Notes: generated by a model not told the origin, from the letters alone. Shown: positions 49,756 through 63,826, counted from the first letter of the stretch. The stretch is DNA of 64,000 nucleotides from Lingula anatina (GCA_051362555.1 CM120640.1:31453967-31517966); one strand, 5' to 3'. Made by a program: numbers and translations.

Positions 49756-52700
49756 GGCTGATACCCCAAGTCTTGCAGTCAGTTATCTTATCTTAATCCA
49801 AATTTCAGGGTGTCCCTTGTGAAAGGCCAGTACCCTGCTGCTCTGCTTAAACAATGGGATATCTATGACAAAGCAAAACGCTCTGAGAATGACAGGCCAG
49901 GTAGAAATAAAGACTGAACAATGCCTCATTCATCAACATTCTTGTGCTTTTACTTTGTTTATCTTTGTGTTGACAGTGTATGTAAGATAGAGTGGCTTTC
50001 CACAGTAATTTTTCTACCCCAATCCTTCAGTTCAAGCAGTAGATGTTACCTGCCTTGACATTACCTTTTTAATGGGGGGTAGTTGGCCGGAGGTTGATTA
50101 TGTCAACTTGCATAGAAAGGCTACATTTGATTAATTCTTAACCAAAATGTTATCATTTAAATGAAAATATTTCTTGGAAGCGTAACAGCTTAAATCCTCA
50201 ACTTTGATTAGAAACTTGCCATTACCATTTAAAAGAAAGTAGCATATTTAATTTAATTTATTATTATTATTATTATTATTTTTAATTTAATTTAATTTTT
50301 TTTTTTAGACATATTTGGCAATAATCAGTTATTCATTGTGTTTGAATTTGCGGATGGAGGCTGTGCACTAGAGGGTTTCAAGGTTGGTATCAAGGTTGAA
50401 AGGTAGAAATAGTATGTACCCTTTTTATGTACAGACACAGATGTGTCTGTACATATTGCCATCACCTGCGTCTGTCGTCGCCGATGCCGTCGCCGGCGCC
50501 GGCGCCGTGCACTTTCCTTGTAAACACGATAAGTGGAGGACAGTTTTACTTTTTGGCTTTATATTTACAGAGCTGATGAATATTCATAAGATGCAGGTCA
50601 AGTTCGAAAATCAGCATGATCGGGCCCTTATTGTATAATTTATGCTGTTTTTTCACTTTTCAGCATATATGCAACCCTGTAAACACATTTTAAGGAAAAC
50701 CATTAGGCCTGTTGTCATGAAACTCACAGGAGTAATCAATCTTACTAAAATGTAGGTCAAGTTCGAAAATCGGCATGATCAGGCCACTATTTTAGTAGTT
50801 ATGCTGTTTTTTCATTTTTCAGCATATGTATATGCAACACTGTAAACACAATATAAGAAAAAGAGATAGGCCAGTTGTCATTAAACTCACAGGAGTGGTC
50901 AATCTTACTAAAACGCAGGCCGAGTTCGAAAATCAGCATAATTGGGGCATTATTTTAGAAGTTATGCTGTTTTTTCACATTTCCTCAGATTCAATTCTGA
51001 CGCATGTAAACAGTCTCATTATTGAACTAATAAGATACGTAAAAGTGTTTGTTTGACATATCCTGCATCTTTACAACATTGTTAGTAGATTATGTAAAAA
51101 TGATGGTAAGCTTTTTATCATGTATTGTGTAATAAAGTGTCAAAAATGGAAATAAACTCATATCATTGCAGTTTGTCAGATTCAATCATTCACTATGTTC
51201 AGAATCTCAGAATGGAGGAAAATGGACATTTGATACTATTCTATTGATATTTTTCCCATCTCATCAATTTTCTTAGTTGATCATATAATACATTTTGGCA
51301 TTTTTAAGTTGTGACTTTGAAGTTCCATGGGCCTGAAGACCTTTGCTAGTCTGCTAGTCATTTTCTGAATATCCATAATACTAATATTTTATTATTAAAA
51401 TTGATGGTCATTATGCTGTTAAACATTATGTAATATTGCATCAAAATTTGAAAAAAAAAAAACGTATTTTGGACACTGCTGCCATGAGAACCATTATGGG
51501 AAAACCATGTTACTTATGATTGCCTAACTTTTAAAAAAGAAATGCAGGACTAAAATGCAGCCTGAGTTGGAAAAACAGTCCAATTGGCTTCTTTTTCTGG
51601 AAGTTATACATTTTCAAAGTGTGAACTTGTTACACATTTTACTTACATTGGTATTACCTGTTGAGCATAATTAAAATTTGATGTTGAATTTGCAGTTTAA
51701 CATAATGTATCTTTGCATCAGAATTGACAGTAGCCTGTTTTGTGCATAGTTATTTCCTGTTTTTTGTCTGTACATTTGACAGCTTTGCTGCCTTGTTCCA
51801 ACTTCTGTTGACACAAGCAATAACTTCATGTCAGAATAATGTGCATGTGATACTTTACCGCCTTTTCTCAATCCCAAACATGCTGATTGTATCTGAATCA
51901 AATTTCCGAAAAATGTGTACTTTTTGAAATCAAAATCACTTCCTTCCAGTTTGAGAGCATCTTGGAAGCCAAGAGTGTCCTGCACCAGGTTGTGTGTGCC
52001 TTGGCTGTGGCAGAGGCTGAGCTGGAGTTTGAACACAGAGATCTACACTGGGGGAATGTGCTGGTTAAAAGGACTAACCAGGAGACTCTACAGTATAAGC
52101 TGAATGGTGAACTTTGTGAGATCAAGGTCCATGGTGTAACTGTCAGCATCATAGATTTTACACTTTCCAGACTTAGGAAAGGTATGGGATTAATCTACAA
52201 TGCCCTTGAGCATGGATCTTTGGTTTATGCTTATAACTGTGCCAATTTCTTTGATTCTAGAACTTTGCAACTGTTTATGTTTGATCATTTTTTTCACCTG
52301 CATACAACAGAGTTGTATACCTCTTGCGAGTGAAAGAAAATTGCAATTTTTGAAGCACCAGCCATTATGTATTTGCATTTGTTCAATATTGCTGTTTGTA
52401 ATTAACAATGGGGGTTAAACTCCCAAGCCAAAATAGTTACGTTGGAAATTTTGACATTTTCACACAGTACACTCATAGGCCCATATGCTGAGATGCATTA
52501 AATGAACCTTCTGATGGACACGCAAATCATAGTATTCAATACCTCAGCCAGGGACATATTTTATAGGCACATTTTGTGCAGAAAAAAAAAAGATGTAGTT
52601 ACAATCCTTGTGTATACTATTTCTAGCATACTTTTTGTCTTTATGTTCAAAAAAGAGTGTTAAAACAACCATGTACTCTATATTCTTCTGGTAATTGCCC

Positions 52701-53894
52701 CCTAGAACATGTTCAGGTAAAAGTAAAAGCTGGGTTTGCAGCCTTATATGTTCAATAAACAAGATCACTCTGCTTCACAATTTGTGCTGGTAGGTCTGTT
52801 CAAAGCTGAAACAATCTCACCTCACTTTTGAACATATATAACCCATGCAGCAGTGGGATTCTCTGGTACTGTCCTCAATTATCACCACTACTGTGTACCA
52901 TGACCAAGTCATGTGCTTCATCAGTATGTTATATTATGTTTTGAATTAAGTTGCATTTGTTTTGTTTTCCAGATGGTTGCACCATTTTCACAGACTTGTC
53001 TGTTGATAAGACATTGTTTGAAGGGGAGGGAGATTACCAGTTTGAAGTCTACAGGTTGATGAAGCAGGAAAACCAGTGAGTTTTCTTATAGCTCAACAGA
53101 GCTACTTGTAATTTGCCTCTATTGATGAAAAACTTTGCCCAGAACAAGGATATAAATTATTTTGTGGTTGCCCTTATCTTTATCAATAATGTTCTTCTGC
53201 ATGTTTCTACTCTACAACTGAGATTTGATTCTTTTATCCAGTCTACGCCATAAACTTTTCTGCTGATTGGCCATTTGCACCACCAGTTTCAGAAAAACTG
53301 CTCTAAATCAAGATCTATTAGTCCAAGTAAAATGTACTGGACATTGTTCCCTGTTGCAATAATATTAGTAATAACAAGACCTTGATTTTGTCAAACTTTT
53401 AAAAAAATTATTTAGAATCATCATGTAACAGTTTCCAAAAATATTTAATCAAATCAAAAATCTCTTTTGATAACATACAGTAAAAAATTCTATGGCTATG
53501 TCAGAACACTTTTCATACAATCTGAAGAATCTACTTGTCCAAACTTTTACTGGCCATAGGTATACGACCAGTTGCAGACTACTTTTATCAGTGTAGGACC
53601 TCCTTTTGATGGGGCATTGTATATTAATTTTACAGTTGAACATCATGAATGGTATAATATTCAATTGTATCATTATTTCTTTGTTTTAGAGACAATTGGG
53701 AGCAGCACCACCCATTCACCAATGTCCTTTGGATCAACTATTTGACTGATAAACTGATACATGAAACCAGATACCCTGGCAATGATGCTCAGCACAGGGC
53801 TTTGCTCAGAGACATGAAGGCCTTTTACAAGGACATTCTAACATACAGGAGTGCTGTACACATGCTGACAGATTGCCAGTATTTGAAGTGTTGA
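23651..53894 (+). CDS. HASPIN: Haspin (histone H3T3) kinase; coding exons ~23651-23826, 24091-24211, 24534-25781, 25958-26224, 26364-26479, 26679-26766, 27010-27095, 27410-27472, 49809-49900, 50309-50382, 51950-52181, 52973-53075, 53690-53894
   Basis: Haspin-specific motifs KIGEGVYGEVF, VALKIIPIEG, EILPEI, SENDRPD, FEHRDLHWGNVLV, IIDFTLSRL, GDYQFEVYRLM and TNVLWINYL. All introns are GT-AG with consistent phases. Long acidic N-terminus; AATAAA near 53945. Confidence 0.93.
28921..29200. repeat. Tandem duplication with ~141-bp period
   Basis: ggttaacagaaaagccaga...gtgacctagaaatgtgcaactagagac occurs at ~28929 and ~29070. Confidence 0.9.
29711..32775 (+). repeat. Tandem array of ~0.8-1 kb units (29711, 30681, 31578, partial 32399), each with an exon-like segment; the three full units also carry a long hairpin and an AATAAA-(ATT)n end
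   Basis: Repeated blocks are visible directly. ttcttccag acceptors end at 29985, 30807, 31655 and 32525. gtaagt donors lie at 30886, 31738 and 32608. Confidence 0.85.
29769..29910. mobile_element. Small MITE (ttcggaccaatg/cattggtccgaa repeats)
   Basis: Flanked by direct repeats tttgtgat, absent from the sister array units, and related to the copy at 60768-60924. Confidence 0.75.
33251..33464. mobile_element. Harbinger/Tourist-like MITE
   Basis: Imperfect TIRs and a TTA TSD (33248-33250, 33465-33467). Interior homologous to 58404-58632. Confidence 0.7.
36610..37400 (+). repeat. Coding tandem repeat of 102 bp / 34 aa (LKRSDPQFRKREQESQRLKRSQVDEKSKILKYNQ), ~7 copies; a 21-bp EITDRSS repeat lies at ~35770-35990
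   Basis: Seen directly in ORF 35614-39159. Confidence 0.95.
40767..41435 (+). mobile_element. 669-bp TIR element carrying a RecQ-helicase motif I remnant
   Basis: ~78-bp TIRs starting caccctgagcttcagagc and an 8-bp TSD gtcacatt (40759-40766, 41436-41443). Internal reading DDVICVLPTGYGKSLIF at ~41173-41223. Excision restores QVRHI|GNKFLNNVEISAQEA. Confidence 0.9.
48806..49624 (+). mobile_element. HINE copy (same family)
   Basis: Partial 5' hairpin, GTCGCC microsatellite, ~160-bp units and the 3' end tgtctgtacatttgacagctttgctgccttgtt. Confidence 0.8.
50424..51797 (+). mobile_element. HINE copy (same family) in a haspin intron
   Basis: Complete 5' and 3' termini as in the other copies, inserted in a T-run. 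Confidence 0.85.
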
Positions 53895-55140
53895 TATGTA
53901 CAGAGAGCAGCTTTTCAAAGATTTTGTTTTCTCAAAAGATATTAAATAAATTGTTGACAGTGGAAGAAGTAATTAGGCTTAATAATGCATTTTATTCATG
54001 AACAGTTCATACCAATGTTTTATGAAATGTTATCATCGATAGATCAATGGTTATCATATTTTTATTTACATGTTTATTTATTGACCTTGGATGTTTTCAG
54101 CAAAAACTGAAATAGATTTATTTGAAATAAGCATTTTAACCTTAAAGAAAACTGAATCATTGTCAAAATGTTTAAAATACTAGTGAAATATATGTATTAA
54201 TGATAATAACACTTACAATTTAAATTTAGATAAGAAAAGGAAAGAAAAAGAAAAATTGATTAAAACAAACTGTTATAGAATTATTATTCCAGATAATTGA
54301 AAAAAAAAAAATAAAAAAATGATGTGATTTCGTTATAGTTCTTAAAGTGTTGTTGTTAATTGGCAGCTTATTTTAGTTACATTAAAGGTACATGCGATCT
54401 GAGCATCAGGGGAGCGTGGATTCCCAGTAAAATAAGTTCGACATGCCAAGGGATAAACTGAATATATCATTCGATCAGTCATACAAGAGCTTTAGACTGC
54501 TCCTTAAATTTTTGGTCGGAAATTTAACCTACTTTTGTGACCTACTTTTCTGCCCCATTGACATACAGCATAGAATGCTAGCAGAAAAATCCGTTCAAAC
54601 ATCATTTTCGGGTAAAATTAAAGAATGCTTTTGGTAAGTCTCTTAGTTATACTACTTGAAACTATATACTGGCATTTGGTCGATTTTTGTGGCAAAAAAT
54701 TGACTTTGTATGCATCATTAAAATAAGTGAACATGTTTTTTGCTAATTTCTCCGTGCCACTTTTAATTGCACCGCCAGCAAGAGCACTGGAGTATTTACA
54801 TGGTTTACTCTTCCCCCTCACCTGCTACCACATCTTGGACTACAAGGACCTGTGCCCTCATCTTGCTGAATTAGGTCATGTAATTTTGACTGGAACCACC
54901 TGGAATTTTGGGCTTTATCTGTGCATTTGCATAGCTGTGGTACTTGTCCAAATGCAGAATTTTTCAAAATGAAAGTTATCTAAAATAGAAGAGTGACAAT
55001 TAAAATTGAATTGGAAATGTTGGTGATCCAGATATGACCTTGAATTTGACCTGCCAAACCACATTTTTGTTTAAATTTACTTAGGGTCTTTGTAAAGGTT
55101 AAAAAATATCCTTTTTAACATAAAAGTTTTTTTTCTATTA

Positions 55141-57195
55141 TTATGTACAGACACAGATGTGTCTGTACATATTGCCATCACCTGCGTCTGTCGTCGCCAT
55201 TCATGTCGCCGTCGATGTCGCCGTCGCCGTCGCCGTGCACTTTCAGCGTTAACACCATAAGTGGAAGACAGTTTTACTTTTTGGCTTTATATTTACAGAA
55301 CTGATGAATATTCATAAAACGCAGGTCAAGTTTGAAAATCAGCATGATAGGGCCACCATTTTAGTAGTTATGCTGTTTTTTCACTTTTCAGCATATATGC
55401 AACACTGTTAACACATTTCAAAGAAAACCGATAGGCCTGTTGTCATGAAACTCACAGGAGTAATCAATCTTACTAAAACGCAGGTCAAGTTCGAAAATCA
55501 GCATAATCGGGCCATTATTTTATAAGTTATGCTGTTTTTTCACATTTCTTCAGATTCCATTCTTAGGCATGTTAACAGTCTCATTATTTAATTAATAAGA
55601 TACCTAAAAGTGTTTGTTTGACATTTCCTGCATCTTTACAACATTGTTAGTTGATTATGTAAAAATGATGGTAAACTTGTTATCGTGTATTGTGTAATAA
55701 AGTGTAAATAAAAATGGAAATAAACTCATATCATTGCAGTTTGTAAGATTCAATCATTCATTATGTTCAGAAACTCAGAATGGAGGAAATTGGACATTTG
55801 ACACTGTTATATTGATATTTTTCACATCTCATCAACTTTCTTAGTTGATCATATAAAAATGGCAGTAAACTGTTAATTTTGTTTTATGTTAAAAATGTTA
55901 ATAAACCCATTTCATAACAGTACTGTCTTGTTTCACATTTCCTCAGATTCAATTCTTAGGCATGTTTACAGTCTCATTATTTAACTAATAAGATACGTAA
56001 AAGTCTTTGTTTAACATTTCCTGCATCTTTACAACATTGTTAGTTGATTATGTAAAAATGATGGTAAGTTTGTTATCATGTATTGTATAATAGAGTTTCA
56101 AAAATGGAAATAAACTCTTATCATTGCAGTTTGTCAGATTCATTCATTCATTCACAATGTTCAGAAACTCAGAATTGTGGAAATTGGACATTAAACACTG
56201 TTCTATTGATATTTTTCCCATCTCATCAATTTTCTTAGTTGATCATATAAAAATGGCAATAAAGTGTTAATTTTGTTATATGTTAAAAAATTGTTAAAAA
56301 TGGAAAAAAATGCATTTCAGGACAGTGCTGTCTTGTCTACATTTTGGCATTTTCAAGCTGTGACTTTGAAGTTCCATGGGCCTGAAGACCTTTGCTAGTC
56401 ACATTTTCTGAATATCCATGAAACTAATATTTAATTATTAAAAATTGATGGTTATTATCCTGTTAAACATTATGTAATATTGCATCAAAATTTGAAGAAA
56501 CCCCTATTTTGGACACTGCTCCCTTGATGACCATTTAAGGAAAACCATGTCACTTACTGTTCTCAAACTTACAGGAAAGAAACATGGGACTAAAATACAG
56601 TTTCATTAGGCAATGCAGTCTATTTGGTAAATTTTTCTGGCAGTTAATCAGTTTTTTGTGAAAATTTTATTTTTCACATATTGGCAATTTCAAGGTGTGA
56701 CTTAGAACCGCCTTGGGCTTGAAGACCCATGCTAGTCACATTTTCTGAAAATCCACGATACGTATATTTTATTATTAAAATTTTTATTCTTTATGCTGTT
56801 AAGCATTATGAAATATTGCATCAAAATAGAAGAAAACACAATTTTGGGTATTGCTGCCATGATGACCATCATGGGAAAACCATATTACTTATGATTGTCA
56901 AACTTTTAAAAAAGAAACACAGGACTAAAATGCAGCTCGAGTTGGAAAAGCAGTCTAATTGACTTCTTTTTCTGAAAGTTTTACATTTTCAAAGTGTGAA
57001 CTTGAACTCCCATGGGCCTGAAGCCTTATGCTTGTTACACATTTTACTTACATTGGTATTACCTGTTGAGCATAATTAAAATTTGATGTTGAATTTGCAG
57101 TTTAACATAATGTACTTTTACATCAGAATTGACAGTAGCCTATTTTGTTATTTCCTGCTTTTTGTCTGTACATTTGACAGCTTTGCTGCCTTGTT
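55141..57195 (+). mobile_element. HINE copy (same family), ~2 kb
   Basis: Complete 5' and 3' termini and internal repeats. Confidence 0.85.
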
Positions 57196-57302
57196 TTTTT
57201 TACTTATCAGTTGAGTGGCTATAATTAAAGGTAGGCCTCTTTCAAAAATGAGCACGATCAGCATATTAAAATTTATTGAGGGTCATTAACTTGTAAGGAT
57301 TA

Positions 57303-57610
57303 CACAAGGCAGCAAAGCTGTCAAATATACAGACAAAAAGCAGAAAATACTGATGCACAAAATGGGCTACTGCCAATTCTGATGCATAAATACATGCTTA
57401 ACAGCAAGTCAACACCAAATTATAGTTGTGCACAATAGGCAATTCATATGTAAGTAAAATGTTTAACTAGCATAAGACCCATAAGAGTCCAAATTCAGAC
57501 TTTGAAAATGCCAGAAGGAGTAAAATGAAAATTTCACACCTGCTCTTTATGAATATTCATCAGATTTGATAATTTTGAAGTCAAAATGTAAAACAGTCTT
57601 CCAGTTATTG
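57303..57610 (-). mobile_element. Older inverted HINE copy
   Basis: acaaggcagcaaagctgtcaaatatacagacaaaaa is the reverse complement of the family 3' end, and the adjacent sequence is a diverged match. Confidence 0.7.
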
Positions 57611-58152
57611 TGTCATCTCTATAGGTTCACGCTGCTGGTGAAAATTTAATGAGCTTATTGTTCTTTAGAACGGTTTGTTTGAAATTCAAGAACTACAATT
57701 ATAAAAAAAGCAAATGTGAGGTACCGATGTTGTTGCCAGTCTTGGTGTCTGTCCCCCCTGAGTTCTGACAGAGGCTCTCGGTGGCTGAACAGCACCTGAG
57801 GATCTGCTGGTATCTACGGCAACCTTCCTTGAACTCCTGTAAATCAGAATGGCCATGACAATAAAAAAAGTTTGGGGTATACTTTGGAGAATCAACATGA
57901 AAATAATTTATTTAGTCTTGACTTTTATCTGAGGGTGTATATTCATGATTTGAAAAAAGCAAATCTTTTTCAAACCAAGTTAAGATAAAAGAAAAAAAAT
58001 TGCATAACATTAATAGCAGTGATAAAATTACAAGTGTGATCTCTACCATTACAGAACAATTTAGCATAGAATTTTACCAGATGAGTTATGAACTTAGAAT
58101 AAGAGAACAATGCTTATTGTTCTTATAAACTTACCTACATAAAAACCTATCC

Positions 58153-58388
58153 AACTAGAAAAGCACTCAGAGAGCGCAGACCTCCGCCACGCCAGCAGTT
58201 TTTTAATTATTATTGATTATTGATCCGGATCACCACCAAAAACTAATCATCTCTTTCTTGGCCCACTTCTGACAGTTCCTGAAAATTTCATCAAAATCAG
58301 TCTATAACTTTTTGAGTTATGTTGATGACAAGCAAACAAACAAACAGACAAACAGGGGTGAAAACATAACCTCCTTGGCGGAGGTAAT
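58153..58388 (-). mobile_element. Second non-autonomous Helentron-type family
   Basis: The minus strand begins attacctccgccaaggaggttatgttttc, has a (TTTG/TCTG)n tract, and ends ggcggaggtctgcgctctctgagtgcttttctagtt (subterminal inverted repeat plus hairpin). Confidence 0.75.
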
Positions 58389-58403
58389 GATGGCATCATC
58401 TAG

Positions 58404-58632
58404 GGGTGTATTCCCAGAGATTTAGATCGATCCAGAGATTAAGATTTAGATCGACCTAACTCCCTGGGGGTTCATGCTAAATTGCAGTCTGACAGCCGAG
58501 CGCGCACCATAGTTAATTACCCCCTTACAGCTTTCAGTAGGCGGGACAGACACTTAAGCCGGCTAAGCTGACAGTAATCTAGTGAGACTCCCCACAGGGA
58601 TAGATCGATCTAAAATCTATGGAAATGGGGTC
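58404..58632. mobile_element. Harbinger/Tourist-like MITE
   Basis: Imperfect TIRs with tag on both flanks. Homologous to 33251-33464. Confidence 0.65.
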
Positions 58633-59371
58633 TAGGTCTCTGAACTCTGTGCTGAAGAGGATCACCACACAGCCCTTCTTTATATCCACATAATGATACC
58701 TACAGATTTTATACCAATTCTTGAATTAACCATTGTTTTCATTTAAATAAGAAATGAATTGGGGGAAAACAATCCAACAATTTACTTAATATACACTTAC
58801 AAAATAAATCATTATCAACTGCCACAATCAATAAATGAAATAACTTATTAATCATTTTTTTTCTGAAAGATCTCATTTCTACACACTAATATTTAAATAT
58901 GTTTAGTTAACAGTGAGGAGTTGTTTGTTTTACAGCGACATGATGCAATTTTGTATTTGTCAAAAGCTTCCATTTCTTCTGTTAACCACATGGTCTCTGT
59001 TATTGATCACAGCTCACTTCCATCCAACCTCCCCTTTTTCTTGAATTTCAAAGTAGTTTTCAAATACAGATGGAAAGCAGTTACGCTCCCGAAGCCCTGC
59101 CTTTTTTACTACCACTGGCCATTCACAAGGAATATCTTCTTACTCATGGACTTATGAGACATTGTAGCCTGAAAATATATAAATGACTATGTTAAAATAA
59201 TTACATTTAGCCAATTTTTTATAAAAAATAAAAGAAATAGAAATAGAAAGGGAAATACATCTTTAGAATTTACAAAGCAAAGATATCTGTTTGAATATAG
59301 CAATGATGTGTGTGTGTGTGTGTGTGTGTGTTTGTGTTAGAATGCATGTGTGTGTGTGTGTGTGTAATAAT

Positions 59372-59409
<38 letters not shown>

Positions 59410-60767
59410 GGCATGACTGTTTGTATTTTTTCTGAAATCATATGAGTAAATTAATAATGAAAATATATTTTTCATGTCCATCTTCTAATAATCACCCAAC
59501 TGTTTTAACTTACCCCCACCAGACTAAAGGCCACATGATTTAACGTCACTTTTTACTTGATTACAATAAATCAATTAGCTTTCTTTTTTTCTGTAAAATA
59601 TTCTCACAAGTCAATTTCTAACTGAGGCCAATCTAGCATATTTCCCAACTTTTCAAACAAACTTATTTCCACCAAATAGATACAAAAAGTGGTGATGGAA
59701 CGCATTTGATGTGGGCCAGACTCCCCGACCCCAGCTCATGGCTGACTTAGTTGATTGTGGGCGAGTCCCCCCCCCCCCCTCCCCCTTGTCTCGCCCCACA
59801 TCCCTCTCCTACGCCTGTGTATAGATTGTTGGCTGGTTCGTCTTCTGCCGGGAGTTGAACAGTTGGTCAACAAATTTTTCAGGAGAGACAGATGGCTTAC
59901 GGAGGGGTCATGTTGCCTGCAAAGTGCCACACGGTGAAACTGAAAAAAAGGGCTATTTTTACACTTTTCTAAAAGTTTGTATTAGATTCTGATTATAGCA
60001 GCTCCACGCTCTCTTTATATATTTTGTGTTAATCTGACACTTCTCTCATTCGTCGGTCTCCCCCTGAAATGTTCCACTCCAGAAAAAAATCAATAATGCT
60101 ATGGGAGAATTGTACAGGCAATTTGACCTACATTCTCAACTGCAGTTATTGGCGCTAGTTTAGCAACGTTATGACTGGGACGTGAAAACCTGATTCACGC
60201 CTGTGATGTGAAGGTTTACAATTTATATAAATGAATTAAGTTACAGGGTATGTTGATCAAATGATTGGAATTTAAGGCTGTAATGGGACATTGTTATTTA
60301 CAAAAATAAAAGAAAATCTGTATACAACTCAAAAACAGAAAAAAAAACATTTTTCTCTTATATGCAAATTGGATTGCTTGTAGTAATATAAGGCTGTCCG
60401 GAAGTGATGTCCACATCAGGGATTTCAAATATTAGTGATCTTGATCACCTAAGGCATCTTAATTTTTATTATTTGATTAATATATACCGGTATATTTGAA
60501 ACTGCCAAATTTTCCCCGGGAAGTAAAATAATTTTCTTCTTATTATAAATCATTGCTCGACCCGCCTATGTGTTCCAGTGAAGAGACAAAGTTGACTTTT
60601 ACAGGCATATACTGTATATAACTCATAATCCAGTGCTTTTTTGCTTCATTTTTCATGTTTTAGGTGTTTTCTAATGTATGGGATGAAAAGAAAAGTATTC
60701 TGATAATTTTTTTTCTTTTTATTCTTTTTTTTTTTTTTTTTTTTTTTTGGGGGGGGGGGGGTCAAGG

Positions 60768-60924
60768 GGAGCCGTAGCAATTGTGCGAAAGTTCAATAGT
60801 CCGAGGGTTCATTGGTCCGAATGTTCACTATAGAACCTTCGGACCAATGAATACCTTGATTAAAAAAAACGATTAAAGTGTTACCGTTTTTCGGACCAAT
60901 GCTTCGGACAATCGAGACGCCTCC
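60768..60924. mobile_element. Small MITE, same family as 29769-29910
   Basis: Shares the cattggtccgaatgttcacta...ttcggaccaatg core. Flanking direct repeat ggtcaagg. Confidence 0.7.
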
Positions 60925-61479
60925 GGTCAAGGGGCTTGGAAGGCTTGCAAGGTAGGCTCTAGAAAGTTGGTTATTCCAGTGCTTGTGGTACTCTTGTAGA
61001 AGCCGACTGAAAGAAAATGCTGATCATTTTCAAGGGTAGTGCCCAAAATTTCAAAGGGTTGCTTAGCAACCGTTGCTAAGGAAGTGATTAACCTTAGTAA
61101 CAAGCTAATTGGACCTTTCTTGTTCAGTTTAAATGATTTAAAAGGGCTTTTAACAATGTTTCAAGCAATCAGAACTATACTATTTTAGGCCATTAAAAGC
61201 CCAAATAAACCATTGCAACAGTTGCTAGACAGCATATTACCCTAGCAACAAGTATTTAATAATATATATTTAATAATATATATTTAATAATATATATACA
61301 GATATCTCTGTAGCATTTTACAAATCCTCTAGTTCCTTCCCATATCTTTTTGTTCCCATTCTACATAAACTAACATTTCATTTGTTTCTTAATTATTAAT
61401 TAATAATAATTAAGATAGGTACATAAATATTGTATCCTTGCACAAGCCCAAACACAAACATCTCCGAAGATCTATCAAT

Positions 61480-62330
61480 GACCACACCTAAATTATCTTT
61501 AATAGGGCAAATGATGCACGTCCAAACATTTTTTACATGTGGGCAATCCTAAAAAACGTGCAGAATATTTTCCCTAGCAGTATTGCAAAATTCACAAATT
61601 CGTAAGATAAGCATAAGTGTTGAATATTCTGTGATTTATTTTGAATCGGAACGACTTCAGTTTCGTGTGATCTGTTTCTTAAATCTTAGTTCCCAATACT
61701 TATACTCAAGTTTTTTTTTTTTTTTTTTGTTTTTTTTTTGTTTTGTCTGCCATTCACCTACACCTTTATCTGATGATATTATATGGCTTTGGAGGATTAT
61801 TTTGCGAAAAATATCTGGATGGTTTGGTAACTTGTTTAATCGAGTCATCTATTTCTTGGAATGCTATGTGTAATTTCCTTCCAATGGAAGAGATAGCCAT
61901 TCAGATGGTAAGCTCTTTTGGATACTGAATTAGCCCAGAAAGTGAGCGCTAAGGTTGATTTTTTGTTGAGTTCCTCTAGAGAGAGGGGATTTCGAATGTC
62001 ATTTACAATACCATTGATGTAAAATAAACCATTTTTCACCATCTTTTATGGGAAAAGTTTTTCCATTTCTTTCAATTTTTGAGTTTTGACATAATGGTTG
62101 TGATAGGATTTCATCTGGGGTTAAATTGGGATATTCCTGAATTTCACTCAAAGAACCAATAATTGCCTAAAGGGATTAGAAGTTGCTTTTAGAATTTTTA
62201 ATCTACCTTTTGTTACTACCGATTCCTGACATTTCACCAAGAAAAACTACTGTTCTTTTCATCATAAAGAAGTCTTTTAAACCATGTAAATTTTAGGGCC
62301 TTGGTAAAAATTTTATTTATGGTACCTTTT
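61480..62330 (-). pseudogene. Degraded L1/Tx1-type LINE ORF2 3' fragment
   Basis: Broken readings KALKFTWFKRLL, KNGLFYINGIVND..LSLEEL and FRFKINHRIL, followed by a Cys/His-like tail. Confidence 0.55.
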
Positions 62331-63826
62331 ACCGTCCATTTTTGTAATCAGACGTCATCCTTGCTCATTGTATTTTGTATCTTTTCCCATTCCTGATAAA
62401 GTTAAGTGTGATATGCATATTTTTAAGTATTGAGGGAGGGGGGCTGGCAGGAGAGTTTATATATGCACTAAGATGAGAAATACTAAAGGTTTAACCACTG
62501 CTGACTTTCCTATTATTGAAAGGTTTCTCAGAGATCAGATTTCCAAGATAATTTTCATTTTTTTCAATATTTTCTAAAAAGCTTTTTCATATTATTTTTT
62601 ATCAGTTTCTTTTCTCTACCAAGTAACTAAAATACACCTTCATGGTTCTATTTTAATTCTTTTTGTTAATTAATGAAGTTCAAAGGTTTCTGTTCACACC
62701 CAAAGGCCGTTCTAGATGCCATATCTTACTTCCACCAAGGCTGCTCTACAACAATATAAAAGAAGAGTAATCTTGCGAGATGAACATATCTAAATCAGCA
62801 CTACGGTGCCATGTCATCAGATATCATGTGCTCATTCTGGTTGGACTTGTACGGAACTGTGGACCCTTGTGGACACATTTGCCAGAAGCTATTGTTCTGC
62901 CCAGAGTTGCTGCAATGTGCATGTAGGTGCAGATGTAGAGGCTGACAATGTGCAAGGGCAAAATGCACTGTGTATTGCAAATAGCTCCTGCTTTTAAAAT
63001 TCTCAGAGAAAGCGCCTTTTGCCCAACAAGTAAAGTTAATAGGCTGCAAGTCCGAGTGGGATTGAACTGACCTGAACCTTAGTTCATGTTGTAGAATAAA
63101 CCCATTGTTAACTTTACTGTGGAGTTATCTTATTCTCTAGCAGGTAGCACAGCAGTACAAAACAGTTTGCGTGGGATATTTAGGATATTCCAAAGAGCAA
63201 ACATTGTTTCTTTGTTATAGCACCATTTATTTTAATTTCCGCGCGACGTTCACGCCTACACATGAGTTCTTCCCCTCTTTAATACAAAGCCGAATCTGCC
63301 AGTTTTAGTTTTATCTATCTATCTATATATATATTCACTGAGCACACTAAGAAAACCAGTCGGAGCAAAATGTATGGTTTAGGCTTCCTACCATGTCAGC
63401 AATTACGATTGAGCTTATAATGCTAATAAAAGGCGTGTCTAAAGAGCTGGTAAAAACAGTTTCAGTCTACTTTCAAAATATCATACCATTATTCTTAACT
63501 TCCTAAAGGTTCAAGATCTAATGAGCGCAAGGCGGTTTCAGAGGTAGCGTCGGATCGGGGTGTTGTTCATAGCCGGTTAGTAGGTCTGCAGACGAAAAAT
63601 AAACAGGTGTTTTCGTTTCCAGTAGGGGCCGTATCAAAATGGCAAATTCATATTGCGTTATGAATAGGTAATTAATAAGTATGCAGTGTTAATTAAAAGA
63701 ACGTCCACTGCAAGAACTGAAAAATCGGCTGTCTTTTGTTTTATTTTGATTAATAATTTCGTTAGTCAAACTGTAAAATAAACAACCATCTGATCCCTGA
63801 ATACAGTATATGGATATTGCTTCAAA

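Noticed and set aside
59305-59410. (GT)n tracts and THTH ORFs; also (TA)n at 3451 and 4478, and (GT)n(GA)n at 49695
   Set aside because: Ordinary microsatellites.
57720-63400. Exon-like minus-strand segments (~57725-57838, ~58950-59168, ~62700-62990)
   Set aside because: Some splice-like signals are present, but there is no consistent frame or recognisable protein. It could be a lncRNA, but the sequence alone cannot support that.
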